From Bacteroidaceae bacterium (GTDB lineage Bacteria > Bacillota > Clostridia > Oscillospirales > Acutalibacteraceae): a stretch of DNA of 64,000 nucleotides. Where the stretch lies: assembly GCA_963623075.1 (NCBI GenBank), contig CAVFJZ010000005.1, positions 7,713 to 71,712 on the forward strand, read 5' to 3'. The notes beneath the pieces were generated by a model. That model was given only the letters and a program-made list of their open reading frames with translations, did not search any database and was not told where the DNA came from. The number at the start of each line of letters is the position of its first letter. Position 1 is the stretch's first letter. Below are positions 48,384 through 58,047 of this stretch, piece by piece. Made by a program: the position numbers and the translations under genes.

Positions 48384-49511
48384 TTATTCGTACAGTCTGG
48401 GAACCCGCTGGTTCAAATCACAAGCGAACTCGTAATTGAAGCGTCCGGATAGTTCTCCCAGTTCATCTAATGTAATTTCCTGATCTCCTTGTTTGCCAAT
48501 CAGAACCACTTCGTCCCCAATGGAAACGTGCCTTAATGCGGTAACGTCTACCATACACTGATCCATGGTTACACGACCTAAAATAGGACATTTTGTGCCA
48601 CCGATTAGAACATACCCTTTATTGGAAAGACTACGCGGATAACCGTCTCCGTAGCCAACCGGCACAGTGGCAATAACGGTTCGTTCATTCTTGGTAACGT
48701 AGGTGGATCCGTAGCTTACCGTAAACCCGGGGCCTACCTCTTTAATATGAGAAACATGGCTAATCAAGCTGAGTACCGGTTTCGGTTGAATATATTTGTT
48801 GGAAACTTCATTACTGGGACTAAATCCGTACAGTGTGGCACCAACTCGCACCATATCCAAAAAGCCGTCTTCTTTTTCCATGGTGGCGGCAGAGTTGCAC
48901 ATATGGCGCAAGTGGAAGTGAATTCCCCGATCCTCCAGATCCTTGATAAAATCTAAGAAAATGGCTTCTTGGTGTTCCATGCTGGTTTTATCTTTGCTGT
49001 CTGCCATGGCAAAATGCGTAAATATACCATCTATGTCTACTTGAGGAAGTTCATTAATTTCCAGAATTTGCTGCTTACTTTCCTCCGTTGGTTGGAAGCC
49101 AAGACGGCCCATGCCGGTATCCACTTTAATGTGAATTCGAGCCGTTGTCTGCATGGCAACGGCAATTTCAGAAATACGCTTGGCATCTACCAAGTTGTCT
49201 ACGGTCAGCAAAATGTGATTGGTAATGGCCTCCGGCAGGTCTCGAAAGAAAACATGGCCCAAAACCAAAATGGAGTTTTGCAATCCGGCTTTGCGCAATT
49301 CCATGGCCTCTTCTACGGTGGCAACCGCAAAGCCATAGACGCCTTCTTCATTCAGTGCTTTGGCAACATGCACTGCACCATGACCATAGGCGTCTGTTTT
49401 TACAATGGCCATGACTTTGACCTTGTCACCGACATGGTCCATATTCTGTTTCAGATTATACCGAAGAGCGTTTAAGTCAATTTGTGCGTAGACTCTCATT
49501 GGTTTTAACAT
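48384..49511 (-). CDS. alr: Alanine racemase
   Basis: PLP-lysine region AIVKTDAYGHG and 375 aa. Confidence 0.93.
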   Translation of the reverse strand: MLKPMRVYAQIDLNALRYNLKQNMDHVGDKVKVMAIVKTDAYGHGAVHVAKALNEEGVYGFAVATVEEAMELRKAGLQNSILVLGHVFFRDLPEAITNHILLTVDNLVDAKRISEIAVAMQTTARIHIKVDTGMGRLGFQPTEESKQQILEINELPQVDIDGIFTHFAMADSKDKTSMEHQEAIFLDFIKDLEDRGIHFHLRHMCNSAATMEKEDGFLDMVRVGATLYGFSPSNEVSNKYIQPKPVLSLISHVSHIKEVGPGFTVSYGSTYVTKNERTVIATVPVGYGDGYPRSLSNKGYVLIGGTKCPILGRVTMDQCMVDVTALRHVSIGDEVVLIGKQGDQEITLDELGELSGRFNYEFACDLNQRVPRLYE

Positions 49512-49596
49512 GATACTGCTACTTCCTTTTTTTCCTGGAACTTGTGGTATAATTCTAATCCAGGAAACTTAAAAATACAATACAGGAGGCCGTTTT

Positions 49597-50283
49597 ATGG
49601 AGCAAATTGCGCATATGGAAACCAACCTGTCCGGCAAGTTCGGCGTACCGCGGCAAAGCGGTGTTATTTCCGCTTTGCAAGGACGAATTGTCTTTGAACC
49701 GGCATATCGGAATCCGGATGCCCTGCGCGGTCTGGAAACGTTTTCTCATATTTGGCTGATCTGGCAATTCTCAGAGGCGGTCCGTCCCGGAGAAAAGCCG
49801 CCGGTAACGGTAAGGCCGCCGCGCCTTGGCGGAAACACCCGCATGGGTGTGTTTGCCACCCGCTCCCCCTTCCGGCCAAACAACTTAGGACTAACTGTAG
49901 TAAAAATGGAATCCATTACCTTAGACGGGCCGGAAGGACCGGTCATTACCGTCTCCGGCGTAGATCTGATGGACGGAACGCCTATTTTTGATATCAAGCC
50001 CTATCTGCCGTACGCCGACGTTGTGCCGGACGCCACCGGCGGCTACACCGACACGCTGCCGGATCTGCAATTGCAGGTTGCCTTTCCAGACACCCTGCTG
50101 CAGCAGATTCCGGAGGCCTCTCGGCCGGAGCTGCTTGGCATATTAAAGCACGACCCGCGTCCGCAATATCAGCGAAAGCCGGGTCGTGTATATGGGCTTA
50201 CTTATTTAGGTTATGATATAAAATTCAGCATTGACGATACGGAGCACACGCTTACCGTACTGGAGCTCATTCAGAAAGCGTAA
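49597..50283 (+). CDS. trmO: tRNA (m6t6A37) methyltransferase TrmO/TsaA
   Basis: FGVPRQSG, FSHIWLIW, RSPFRPNNLGL and DGTPIFDIKPY motifs. Confidence 0.85.
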   Translation: MEQIAHMETNLSGKFGVPRQSGVISALQGRIVFEPAYRNPDALRGLETFSHIWLIWQFSEAVRPGEKPPVTVRPPRLGGNTRMGVFATRSPFRPNNLGLTVVKMESITLDGPEGPVITVSGVDLMDGTPIFDIKPYLPYADVVPDATGGYTDTLPDLQLQVAFPDTLLQQIPEASRPELLGILKHDPRPQYQRKPGRVYGLTYLGYDIKFSIDDTEHTLTVLELIQKA

Positions 50284-50299
50284 ATTTATCCGTCCTTAC

Positions 50300-51124
50300 T
50301 TATCCCAACAAACCAAGGCCAAGGAATGCAAAATAAAGGCCATCTTTGTTAACATCTCCGCAAACGCGATCTGCCACCTTTTTTAAGGCAGCGGTTCCGT
50401 TGCCCATGGCAACACCAATGCCTGCATACTGGATCATTTCCATGTCATTGGGGCCATCTCCAAAGGCAATGGTGTTTTCTCGTGTAATTCCAACCTTTTT
50501 CAAATAAGCATCCATACCGGCACTTTTGTCTATACCGGCAAGGGTAATTTCTCCATCACAAAAACGGGACAGCTTAAAACTGGAATCCGTAATTTTAAAA
50601 TATCCGCCCAGATCCTGTTCCACTTGCTCCGACGCTTTACGGCAATTGTAGTAAAGTGCCTTTTCAATGCCGGGCTGAAGCCAAGGCTCTTTTACAAAAT
50701 CTACTGTTCCATAAACCTTTTCGACAGCTTCTGCATTTAATCCTTTTCCACGAAAGAGAGCCATGCCGGCCTCTTCACACCAATCGGCGGAATATAATTT
50801 CTTTTCCGACTGCAGGAAAAACGGCATCCGGTTTTCTTGAAAATACTGCACCATCTGTTTGGTATGTTCTGTTTCAAAAGTGGTAGAATAGACCTGATTT
50901 CCCGCATAATAAACGCTGGAGCCAGCTGCTGTAATCATGCCGTCTACCAAGTCTAAAGGAAACCAACTTTCCATTTGGCATAAGGCACGTCCGGTACAAA
51001 TAACCATCTGATGTCCATTTGTTCTGGCAATTCGAAGTGCTTCTCTTGCCGATTCCGGAAAAACACCGTGATAATCTATCAGTGTTCCATCCACATCTAA
51101 AAAAACAACTTTGTTTTCATTCAT
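50300..51124 (-). CDS. Cof-type HAD-IIB family hydrolase
   Basis: VFLDVDGTL and FGDGPNDMEM motifs. Confidence 0.8.
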   Translation of the reverse strand: MNENKVVFLDVDGTLIDYHGVFPESAREALRIARTNGHQMVICTGRALCQMESWFPLDLVDGMITAAGSSVYYAGNQVYSTTFETEHTKQMVQYFQENRMPFFLQSEKKLYSADWCEEAGMALFRGKGLNAEAVEKVYGTVDFVKEPWLQPGIEKALYYNCRKASEQVEQDLGGYFKITDSSFKLSRFCDGEITLAGIDKSAGMDAYLKKVGITRENTIAFGDGPNDMEMIQYAGIGVAMGNGTAALKKVADRVCGDVNKDGLYFAFLGLGLLG

Positions 51125-51272
51125 AGGGGTCTTTTTTCTCCTTTATCAGAGAATTGCATTTCTGCAATACGGACCCATTATAGCAAATAAGTACGCAGTT
51201 TTGAGCACTTTCTCTTGTCAAGTTTTTAACGTTTCTGGTATACTGAATCGCAGAAAAGAAAGGGGTAAAAAA

Positions 51273-51521
51273 ATGGACAGCATCCTTTATCTTTATGACG
51301 AAGACGGCAATGAAATTGCCTTTGAATTTTTAGATGAAATAGACTACCACGGCGGACAATATGTTGCTTTGCGCCCTACGGAAGGCACCAGCACAGACGA
51401 AGTGCTGATTCTGTTGGTAGAAGGGGACGATTTCTCTTTGGTGGAAAATCCAAAGACTATGCAGGCAGTCTACCAATTGTTCCAAGACTCCCACAAGGAA
51501 GAGTATGATTTCCGAGACTAA
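51273..51521 (+). CDS. DUF1292 domain protein
   Basis: 82-aa acidic protein (LYDEDGNEIAFEFLDEIDYHGGQYVAL). The ATG at 51273 follows AGGGG. Confidence 0.7.
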   Translation: MDSILYLYDEDGNEIAFEFLDEIDYHGGQYVALRPTEGTSTDEVLILLVEGDDFSLVENPKTMQAVYQLFQDSHKEEYDFRD

Positions 51522-51550
51522 ACCCAGGTGATGTAGCCAAACCACATAAT

Positions 51551-51588
51551 AAAAGAGCTCCGGAAGAATCCACTTCCGGAGCTTTTCT
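51551..51588. terminator. Bidirectional terminator
   Basis: AAAAGAGCTCCGGAAG-loop-CTTCCGGAGCTTTT. Confidence 0.65.
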
Positions 51589-51606
51589 TATATTGCCAAA
51601 ACTTGC

Positions 51607-52167
51607 TTATTCCAATGTAATTTCTGCCACCGTTTTGCCATCAAAATCATAAACAGTAAAAGTATTACCGTCTAGGATTGCATAGGTGTTTGGGTTTCCG
51701 CCTTTTGGAATAGAGGTGGAGCCCGGATTTAAGTGATAGAATGTGGTGCCGTTTACGGTAAGCTGCTCCGCTTTTAGTAGGTGGGTATGGCCGTGAAGAA
51801 GTATATCGCCGGAAGAAAGAGGTGGCAAATGTTCTTCGTTGTAAATGTGGCCATGCGTAGCATAAATGGTGTGGCCGTTCAGAGAAAGCAGTGCATAGTC
51901 AGCCATGACGGGAAAGTCCAGCACCATTTGGTCTACTTCGGCTTCGCAGTTGCCGCGGACCGCATAAATTTTGCTTCTGAGCGGATTTAACATGGCAATG
52001 ACTTCTTTGGGAGCATAGTCTTTGGGAAGATCATTGCGAGGGCCGTGGTACAGGATATCCCCCAAAAGGATCAGTCGTGCTGCCCCGCTCTTTTGGAATT
52101 CCTCCAGTGTTTTCCGGCACCAATAGGAAGAGCCGTGGATGTCACTGGCAATAAAATACTTACTCAT
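51607..52167 (-). CDS. yfcE: YfcE-family metallophosphoesterase
   Basis: ASDIHGS, GDILYHGPRN, GNCE and GHTH motifs. Confidence 0.85.
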   Translation of the reverse strand: MSKYFIASDIHGSSYWCRKTLEEFQKSGAARLILLGDILYHGPRNDLPKDYAPKEVIAMLNPLRSKIYAVRGNCEAEVDQMVLDFPVMADYALLSLNGHTIYATHGHIYNEEHLPPLSSGDILLHGHTHLLKAEQLTVNGTTFYHLNPGSTSIPKGGNPNTYAILDGNTFTVYDFDGKTVAEITLE

Positions 52168-52191
52168 GCGGATGTCCTTTCGGTTTCTTCT

Positions 52192-52620
52192 TTACAGATT
52201 TTTCAGATCTTCGTCTGTGTAGAAGGTAATGTCCAGTGGCTCCAAGGCCTTTTTGGCACCTTCTGTGTCATTGACCTTGATGGCAATAGAAGCACCGCTG
52301 CCGCCTAAAGACAAGCCATACATATAGGAAATGTTAATGCCGGCAGAACTAATGGCACGCAAAACGCCTTCCAAAGAACCAACTACATGCGGAATGTTAA
52401 CGGCAATAACCTCTGTGGTTTTAGAGGAGATTCCGTGATCCTTCAGCACCATCTGTGCCTTGTCTACATCATTGACTAACAGGCGAAGAATGCCATATTG
52501 AGAAGTATCTGCCAGGCTGACAGAGCAAACATTAATATCTGCATTTTTCAGGATACTGAACACTTCCAGTACTCGTCCTTCGCGGTTTTCCAGAAAAACA
52601 GAAAGTTGCTTTACAAACAT
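52192..52620 (-). CDS. ACT domain-containing protein
   Basis: Two ACT-like halves. The usual partner of phenylacetate-CoA ligase-like genes. Confidence 0.8.
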   Translation of the reverse strand: MFVKQLSVFLENREGRVLEVFSILKNADINVCSVSLADTSQYGILRLLVNDVDKAQMVLKDHGISSKTTEVIAVNIPHVVGSLEGVLRAISSAGINISYMYGLSLGGSGASIAIKVNDTEGAKKALEPLDITFYTDEDLKNL

Positions 52621-52634
52621 AAGAGAACCTCCTT

Positions 52635-53933
52635 TTAATACAGTTTGCGTTTATCTAATACATGCTTGGTTTTACCTTGGGAATGTTCCAGGGTGTTCGG
52701 TTCTACCAAACGCACCTGAACATTCAGGCCAATAGCAGTCTTCAAAACATGTTTTACCTTTTCGGTCAGACGTTCCAGATCGGCAATTTCGTCGGAGAAG
52801 AAGTGTTCGTCCAATTCTACAGCTACTTCCATTACATCCTGATCATTCACTCGGTCTACCGTAATGAAATAATTCGGGGTCATGCCATCAATGGTAAGTA
52901 AGGCAGCTTCTACCTGAGACGGGAATACGTTAACACCCTTAATAATAAGCATGTCGTCAGAACGACCTTTGAAACGCTGAATACGGGCGCAGGTGCGGCC
53001 ACAGGTGCAGGTTTCATAAGCCAAAGAGGTAAGATCCTTGGTCCGGTAACGGATCATTGGCATACCTTCCTTTGTCAGTGTGGTAATAACCAGCTCCCCT
53101 TCTTGACCTTCCGGAAGCACTTCTCCGGTTACCGGGTCAATAATTTCCGGCAGGAAGTGGTCTTCCCAAATATGTAACCCTGCATGTGCCGGACAGTCGG
53201 TAGCAACGCCGGGCCCGATAATTTCAGTTAATCCGTAAATGTCATAACAATGAATGTTCAGTTTAGCTTCCAATCTGGCACGCATTTCATCTGTCCATGG
53301 TTCTGCACCGCAGATGGCATATTTCAGCGCAATCTTGTCCAATAAGCCTTCCCGCTCCAACGCTTCGGCAACATGCAAAAGGTAAGATGGAGTGCAGGCA
53401 ATGGCTGTTGCCTGACAGTCAATCAGCATGTCTATTGTTTTTTGCGTGTTGCCGGTAGAAACCGGAAGAACCAGAGCGCCCAGCTTTTCTCCGCCGTAAT
53501 GGGCACCCAGGCCGCCGGTAAAGAGGCCATAACCATAGCCAACCAGCAGAACATCGTCCTTTGTCAGTCCGGCCATGGCAAGACATCTGGCCACTACTTC
53601 AGACCAAACGTCAATGTCATGCTTGGTATAAACGGCAATTTTAGATTTACCGGTGGTACCGCTGGACGCATGCAAACGAACCCATTCACTTTTCGGCGCA
53701 GCAGCCATCCCAAAAGGATAGGCTTCCCGTAAATCTATGTAGGTGGTAAACGGAAGTTTGCTCAAATCCTCTACTCCGTGAATATCATCCGGCGTCAGAC
53801 CTTTTTCTTCCATTTTTTTGCGATATGCCGGTACATTGTCATACTCCCGTTTCACGGTTTCTATCAGCCGCTGACTTTGTAATTGTTTCAGCTCTTCCCG
53901 TGGAAGGGTTTCCATTTTTTCGTTGAAGTACAT
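52635..53933 (-). CDS. Phenylacetate-CoA ligase family protein
   Basis: AMP-binding motif SSGTTGKSK and PaaK-type length (432 aa). Confidence 0.88.
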   Translation of the reverse strand: MYFNEKMETLPREELKQLQSQRLIETVKREYDNVPAYRKKMEEKGLTPDDIHGVEDLSKLPFTTYIDLREAYPFGMAAAPKSEWVRLHASSGTTGKSKIAVYTKHDIDVWSEVVARCLAMAGLTKDDVLLVGYGYGLFTGGLGAHYGGEKLGALVLPVSTGNTQKTIDMLIDCQATAIACTPSYLLHVAEALEREGLLDKIALKYAICGAEPWTDEMRARLEAKLNIHCYDIYGLTEIIGPGVATDCPAHAGLHIWEDHFLPEIIDPVTGEVLPEGQEGELVITTLTKEGMPMIRYRTKDLTSLAYETCTCGRTCARIQRFKGRSDDMLIIKGVNVFPSQVEAALLTIDGMTPNYFITVDRVNDQDVMEVAVELDEHFFSDEIADLERLTEKVKHVLKTAIGLNVQVRLVEPNTLEHSQGKTKHVLDKRKLY

Positions 53934-53961
53934 AATGCTTTCCTCATTTTGGTTTTTTGCT

Positions 53962-53999
53962 ATTTTTTAAAAAGAAAGGCGGATCATCAGATCCGCCTT
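53962..53999 (-). terminator. fba terminator
   Basis: On the minus strand: AAGGCGGATC-TGAT-GATCCGCCTT followed by TCTTTTT. Confidence 0.65.
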
Positions 54000-54014
54000 G
54001 TTTGATGCTTAGGC

Positions 54015-54878
54015 TCAGGCTTTTCCTGCGCAGCCGAAGACTTCCATTTTGTACTTAACCATATCAACAATGGCCTGACAACCGGGAGCCAGCAGCTTAC
54101 GAGGGTCAAAGCCCTTTCCTTCTTGGTCTTTACCTTCTTCAATATACTTACGGGTAGCAGCGGCAAATACCAACTGGCATTCCGTATTTACATTGACCTT
54201 GCAAACGCCCATGGAAATGGCCTTTTGTACCATTTCATCCGGAATTCCGGAACCGCCGTGCAGTACCAGAGGCACGCCCGGAACAGCCTTCGTAATGTTT
54301 TCCAGAACGTCAAAGCGAAGTCCCGGCCAACCTTCCGGATAAACGCCGTGGATGTTACCGATACCGGCAGCCAGCATATCTACGCCAAGATCAGCAATCA
54401 GCTTGCATTCTGCAGGATCTGCGCATTCGCCCATGCCGACAACGCCGTCTTCTTCACCGCCAATAGCGCCAACTTCTGCTTCCAGAGAAATGCCTCTGGA
54501 TTTGCAAATTTCAGCAAGCTCTTTGGTCTTGGCAAAGTTTTCTTCAATAGGAAGAGCAGAACCGTCAAACATAATGGAAGAGAAACCTGCTTCCAGGCAT
54601 TCTTTTGCAGCATCATAGGTACCGTGGTCCAGATGAAGGGCAACCGGAACGGTAATGTTCTGGTAGTCCATGCAGTGTTCCACCATATCTACTACGTTTT
54701 TGAACCCATCCATGTATTTACCGGCGCCGGCAGATACCTGAATGATAACTGGCGATTTAGCTTCTTCGCAACCTTGCAGAACAGCTTTAATCCATTCCAG
54801 ATTGTTGATGTTGATTGCGCCAATGGCATAGTGGCCATCTCTGGCAGCAGTAATCATTTCTTTTGCAGATACTAACAT
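54015..54878 (-). CDS. fba: Class II fructose-bisphosphate aldolase
   Basis: MLVSAKEMITAARDGHYAIGAININN N-terminus. LHLDHG and LVLHGGSG motifs. AAAGGAG lies before the ATG at 54878. Confidence 0.93.
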   Translation of the reverse strand: MLVSAKEMITAARDGHYAIGAININNLEWIKAVLQGCEEAKSPVIIQVSAGAGKYMDGFKNVVDMVEHCMDYQNITVPVALHLDHGTYDAAKECLEAGFSSIMFDGSALPIEENFAKTKELAEICKSRGISLEAEVGAIGGEEDGVVGMGECADPAECKLIADLGVDMLAAGIGNIHGVYPEGWPGLRFDVLENITKAVPGVPLVLHGGSGIPDEMVQKAISMGVCKVNVNTECQLVFAAATRKYIEEGKDQEGKGFDPRKLLAPGCQAIVDMVKYKMEVFGCAGKA

Positions 54879-54985
54879 AGGTGTTTCTCCTTTACAGAAG
54901 TCTTTTTTCTTACGGTGTATATTATGCATTGGCGAAAGCTAACTTGCAAGGAAAACCACCGTTTTTTCTCAGTTGTTCATCTTTC

Positions 54986-55885
54986 TTAGTTATTTACTTT
55001 ATGATGCACCATGTAAGAGTCCTTGGTCATGGCCTTGAAGGTATATCCATTTGCCTGACCATATTGAATAATCTTTTCCACAGCCTTTACGCTGTTTGCC
55101 TTAGTATCATGCTGCAAGACAACAGAAACCTGATGTTTCTTCATGCCGTTGATAACATTATTGGCAATGGTGTCTACCGAATAATTCTTTCCGGAAGCGT
55201 CTTCACTGCTTACGTTCCAGTCTGTATAAAGGTAGCCCTTCTGTGTTACGGAATTCGTCAACTTGGTCATGATGCCGTTGTTATACTTTTTGGATACCGT
55301 GTTGGAGCTACCACCGGGGAACCGAAGTAAATACGCCTTTTGTCCGGTCTGTTTTTGAATGATATCATTCATTTTGTTCAAATCTTCAAAATAGGCATCT
55401 TCACTGGCATAAATTTTGGCATAGTCATGGCTGTAGCTGTGAATGGCTACGGTATGGCCTTTCTGCGCTTCAACAGCAATCATATTTTCATACTTGCTAA
55501 ACTGATGCGTTACAAAGAAGGTAGCCTTTACATTGTACTTATCCAATGTGTTTAACAGATCCTGTGTATATGGACCGGGGCCATCATCAAACGTTAAATA
55601 AACCACTTTGCCGGAGCCGTCAGAAGGACCCGGTTCATTGGAACCCGCCTTGGTTGTTTCAGCAGGAGCTGTGGTTGTGGTTGTTGTGGTGGTTGTGGTT
55701 GTAGTAGTGGTAGTAGTTGTTGTTGTTGTGGATGTGGTGCTGGAGCTGGAAGACGATGTAGAATTTTTTGCTTGTGTGCTCTGTCTTCCTATTACTTCTT
55801 TGCCAACAATGACCAAAGCAAGGACAACAACCAGTACAGCTGCAACAATACCGATGATTTTTTTCGTATCTGTATTTTTCTTCAT
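54986..55885 (-). CDS. Polysaccharide deacetylase (CE4/NodB) with N-terminal TM anchor and poly-Ser/Thr linker
   Basis: NodB motifs (TFDDGPGPYT and HSYSH). The linker is S5-T about 27. Confidence 0.85.
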   Translation of the reverse strand: MKKNTDTKKIIGIVAAVLVVVLALVIVGKEVIGRQSTQAKNSTSSSSSSTTSTTTTTTTTTTTTTTTTTTTTAPAETTKAGSNEPGPSDGSGKVVYLTFDDGPGPYTQDLLNTLDKYNVKATFFVTHQFSKYENMIAVEAQKGHTVAIHSYSHDYAKIYASEDAYFEDLNKMNDIIQKQTGQKAYLLRFPGGSSNTVSKKYNNGIMTKLTNSVTQKGYLYTDWNVSSEDASGKNYSVDTIANNVINGMKKHQVSVVLQHDTKANSVKAVEKIIQYGQANGYTFKAMTKDSYMVHHKVNN

Positions 55886-56043
55886 AGGAAAACCCCCTGT
55901 TCCTATTTTTTCTGCGGTTTAAGTATAACACCCATGCCAAAAAAAAGAAGTTACGATTGGTTACAAAGACAAAAAGAAACAGACTATAATGAAGTTGGCT
56001 GAAATCGTATTTGTTCAAAATCAAATAACGAAGGGAGAAAATA

Positions 56044-57999
56044 ATGAAAAAACCGATTAGTGTCCTGTTGGCACTGGTCTTAATGCTGTCTGTCACAAGC
56101 ATTGCGGCCGCTGCAACAGGCAAAAACAAGACGTATTCAGGCAAAATCACTTACACAGACGGAGAATATGATTACACCTACACGGATGACTATTTCTCCG
56201 GAGACGGATATCAATATGACAACGACGTTGCTATTGTCTGTTCTTATCTGGCTTATTGCGCACAAAACAGCACCGGTACCACCCACGAAACCTATGATTC
56301 CAATGCCCGCGCCTTTTTAACGGAATGCGGGTACAAGAACATCGAATTCAATGAAGCCTACGTCACTAAACCGGAACGTGATACTTATGGCGTCGGCATT
56401 GCTTCCAAAGAGACCAAAATCAACGGAAAAACGTATACTCTCCTTGCCATTGTACAGCGTGGCGCCGGGTATGAAGCAGAGTGGGGATCCAATGTAAAAA
56501 TTGGTACCGAAGGGGACCACCAAGGCTTTGCAGAGGCCGGAGACATTGCCTATCGTTTCTTATTGGACTATCTGAAACGGCACACGGAAATTAAAGGCAA
56601 TCTGAAAATCTGGACCTGCGGGCACAGCAGAGGCGGCGCTGCCACGAATATTATGGTCAGCAAAATTGACCGTTTGCTGAGCCAAGGCGGCACTTTGCGC
56701 AAAGGGGTTACGTTAAAAGGAAAAGATATTTATTGCTATACTTTGGAATCCCCGCTTTGTGCAGATGCCAAAGACGCAAAGGCCAATGCAAAAATTTACG
56801 CCAATATTCATAACATCATTTTCCGCGGCGATTTAGTCACTTACGTTGCCCCATCCAACATGGGCTTCTCCAGGTATGGTATTGACTACTATCTGCCGGC
56901 AGCCGGAGATAAGAACTTTGAAAAATACCACAAAGCGTGTTTGGACAAGTGCCCGGATGACTCCAACTGGGGACTTCGGAAACAGTTCCTTGGAAAATTC
57001 CAACCGGTTACCGTTACCCCAAACGGCACCATGGACAATCTTATCCAACGAAGTAATAACACTTCGGAAACGCAATATACCTTTTTAAACCGCGCCATGC
57101 CAACACTTGCCACCGCCCTTGGCGGACGGGACGGGTTCCAGGATTTGGAAGACGGTTTATACGAACTGCTTGGCACACTGACTTATATTATCAGCAGTGA
57201 CGGCACCTATGCAGACGTGCTGGAAGACTTCATACGAAAAGTACAAGAAGATGCTCCGCAGATCTTCTTCCATCTATACTACGGAAACACAGACAGTGTA
57301 ATCAGCCAGTTGGAAGAGCTCTTGAACCAGTCCCTGCAAGACAAGGGCGGTGCAACGTATAATGCTGACGAAGTGCACGACTTATTAAATGGTGCTGTTA
57401 AGACCATCCTTCCACTGGCGCAGGCCTGCCCGGATGAAGTGGCAACTCTGCTTTGCAACATCTACAGCATCCTGCTGAACCACTTTATTCAGTATGACAC
57501 CGGATATCTGTATGTCCTTCCGGAAGATTATCTTGCAACTCATAATTCCGCAACCGCACTGCCGTTAACGGATGTGGAAAAGGGAGACACCTATTACAAA
57601 GCTATTTCCTATACTTATAAGAACAACCTGATGATCGGTTGCGGAAGCCAGTTCTTCCCGGAGCAGGATCTGCGCAAAGCCGAGCTGGCCGTTGTTCTGT
57701 ACCGTCTGGCCGGCATGCCGGACGTAGACGTATCCAACATCAAATGGTCTGACATTACCGAACTGAATACCAGTTTGACCGTTCGTAAGGCCATTGTATG
57801 GGCCGCCGAACAAGGATATGTTTCGCCTGCTTCCTCTACCAGATATTCTAAATTTGACAGTGCCTCCGTCCGGCTTGCTACCAGCGGTCTAACGGCCGTG
57901 CTCGGCAAAGATATTGGGGCGACAGGCAACACCATCAAAACAGCGGGTACCATTTCCCGCGGGGAACTGGCACAGCTTCTGTATGATGCTCGTGCCTGA
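56044..57999 (+). CDS. Secreted alpha/beta-hydrolase (lipase class 3-like, GHSRG) with C-terminal SLH domains
   Basis: Signal peptide, nucleophile elbow TCGHSRGGA, and SLH-like repeats (DVEKGDTYYKAISYTYKNNLMIG...AELAVVLYRLAG). Confidence 0.7.
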   Translation: MKKPISVLLALVLMLSVTSIAAAATGKNKTYSGKITYTDGEYDYTYTDDYFSGDGYQYDNDVAIVCSYLAYCAQNSTGTTHETYDSNARAFLTECGYKNIEFNEAYVTKPERDTYGVGIASKETKINGKTYTLLAIVQRGAGYEAEWGSNVKIGTEGDHQGFAEAGDIAYRFLLDYLKRHTEIKGNLKIWTCGHSRGGAATNIMVSKIDRLLSQGGTLRKGVTLKGKDIYCYTLESPLCADAKDAKANAKIYANIHNIIFRGDLVTYVAPSNMGFSRYGIDYYLPAAGDKNFEKYHKACLDKCPDDSNWGLRKQFLGKFQPVTVTPNGTMDNLIQRSNNTSETQYTFLNRAMPTLATALGGRDGFQDLEDGLYELLGTLTYIISSDGTYADVLEDFIRKVQEDAPQIFFHLYYGNTDSVISQLEELLNQSLQDKGGATYNADEVHDLLNGAVKTILPLAQACPDEVATLLCNIYSILLNHFIQYDTGYLYVLPEDYLATHNSATALPLTDVEKGDTYYKAISYTYKNNLMIGCGSQFFPEQDLRKAELAVVLYRLAGMPDVDVSNIKWSDITELNTSLTVRKAIVWAAEQGYVSPASSTRYSKFDSASVRLATSGLTAVLGKDIGATGNTIKTAGTISRGELAQLLYDARA

Positions 58000-58047
58000 C
58001 GCCCCCACCCGCTTTTTACTATGAATTTTTTTGAAAGGAGCCATTTT

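Noticed and set aside
55650-55760. Triplet-like DNA repeat (GTT/GTG/GTA)n.
   Set aside because: It is the coding sequence, on the minus strand, of the poly-Ser/poly-Thr linker in the polysaccharide deacetylase. This is a common low-complexity, probably glycosylated stalk and not an independent element.
55659-56150. 163-aa minus-strand ORF spanning the deacetylase start and the 56044 gene start.
   Set aside because: It overlaps two supported genes and their intergenic promoter region. Its translation is dominated by N/H/Y runs derived from the poly-Thr repeat in another frame.
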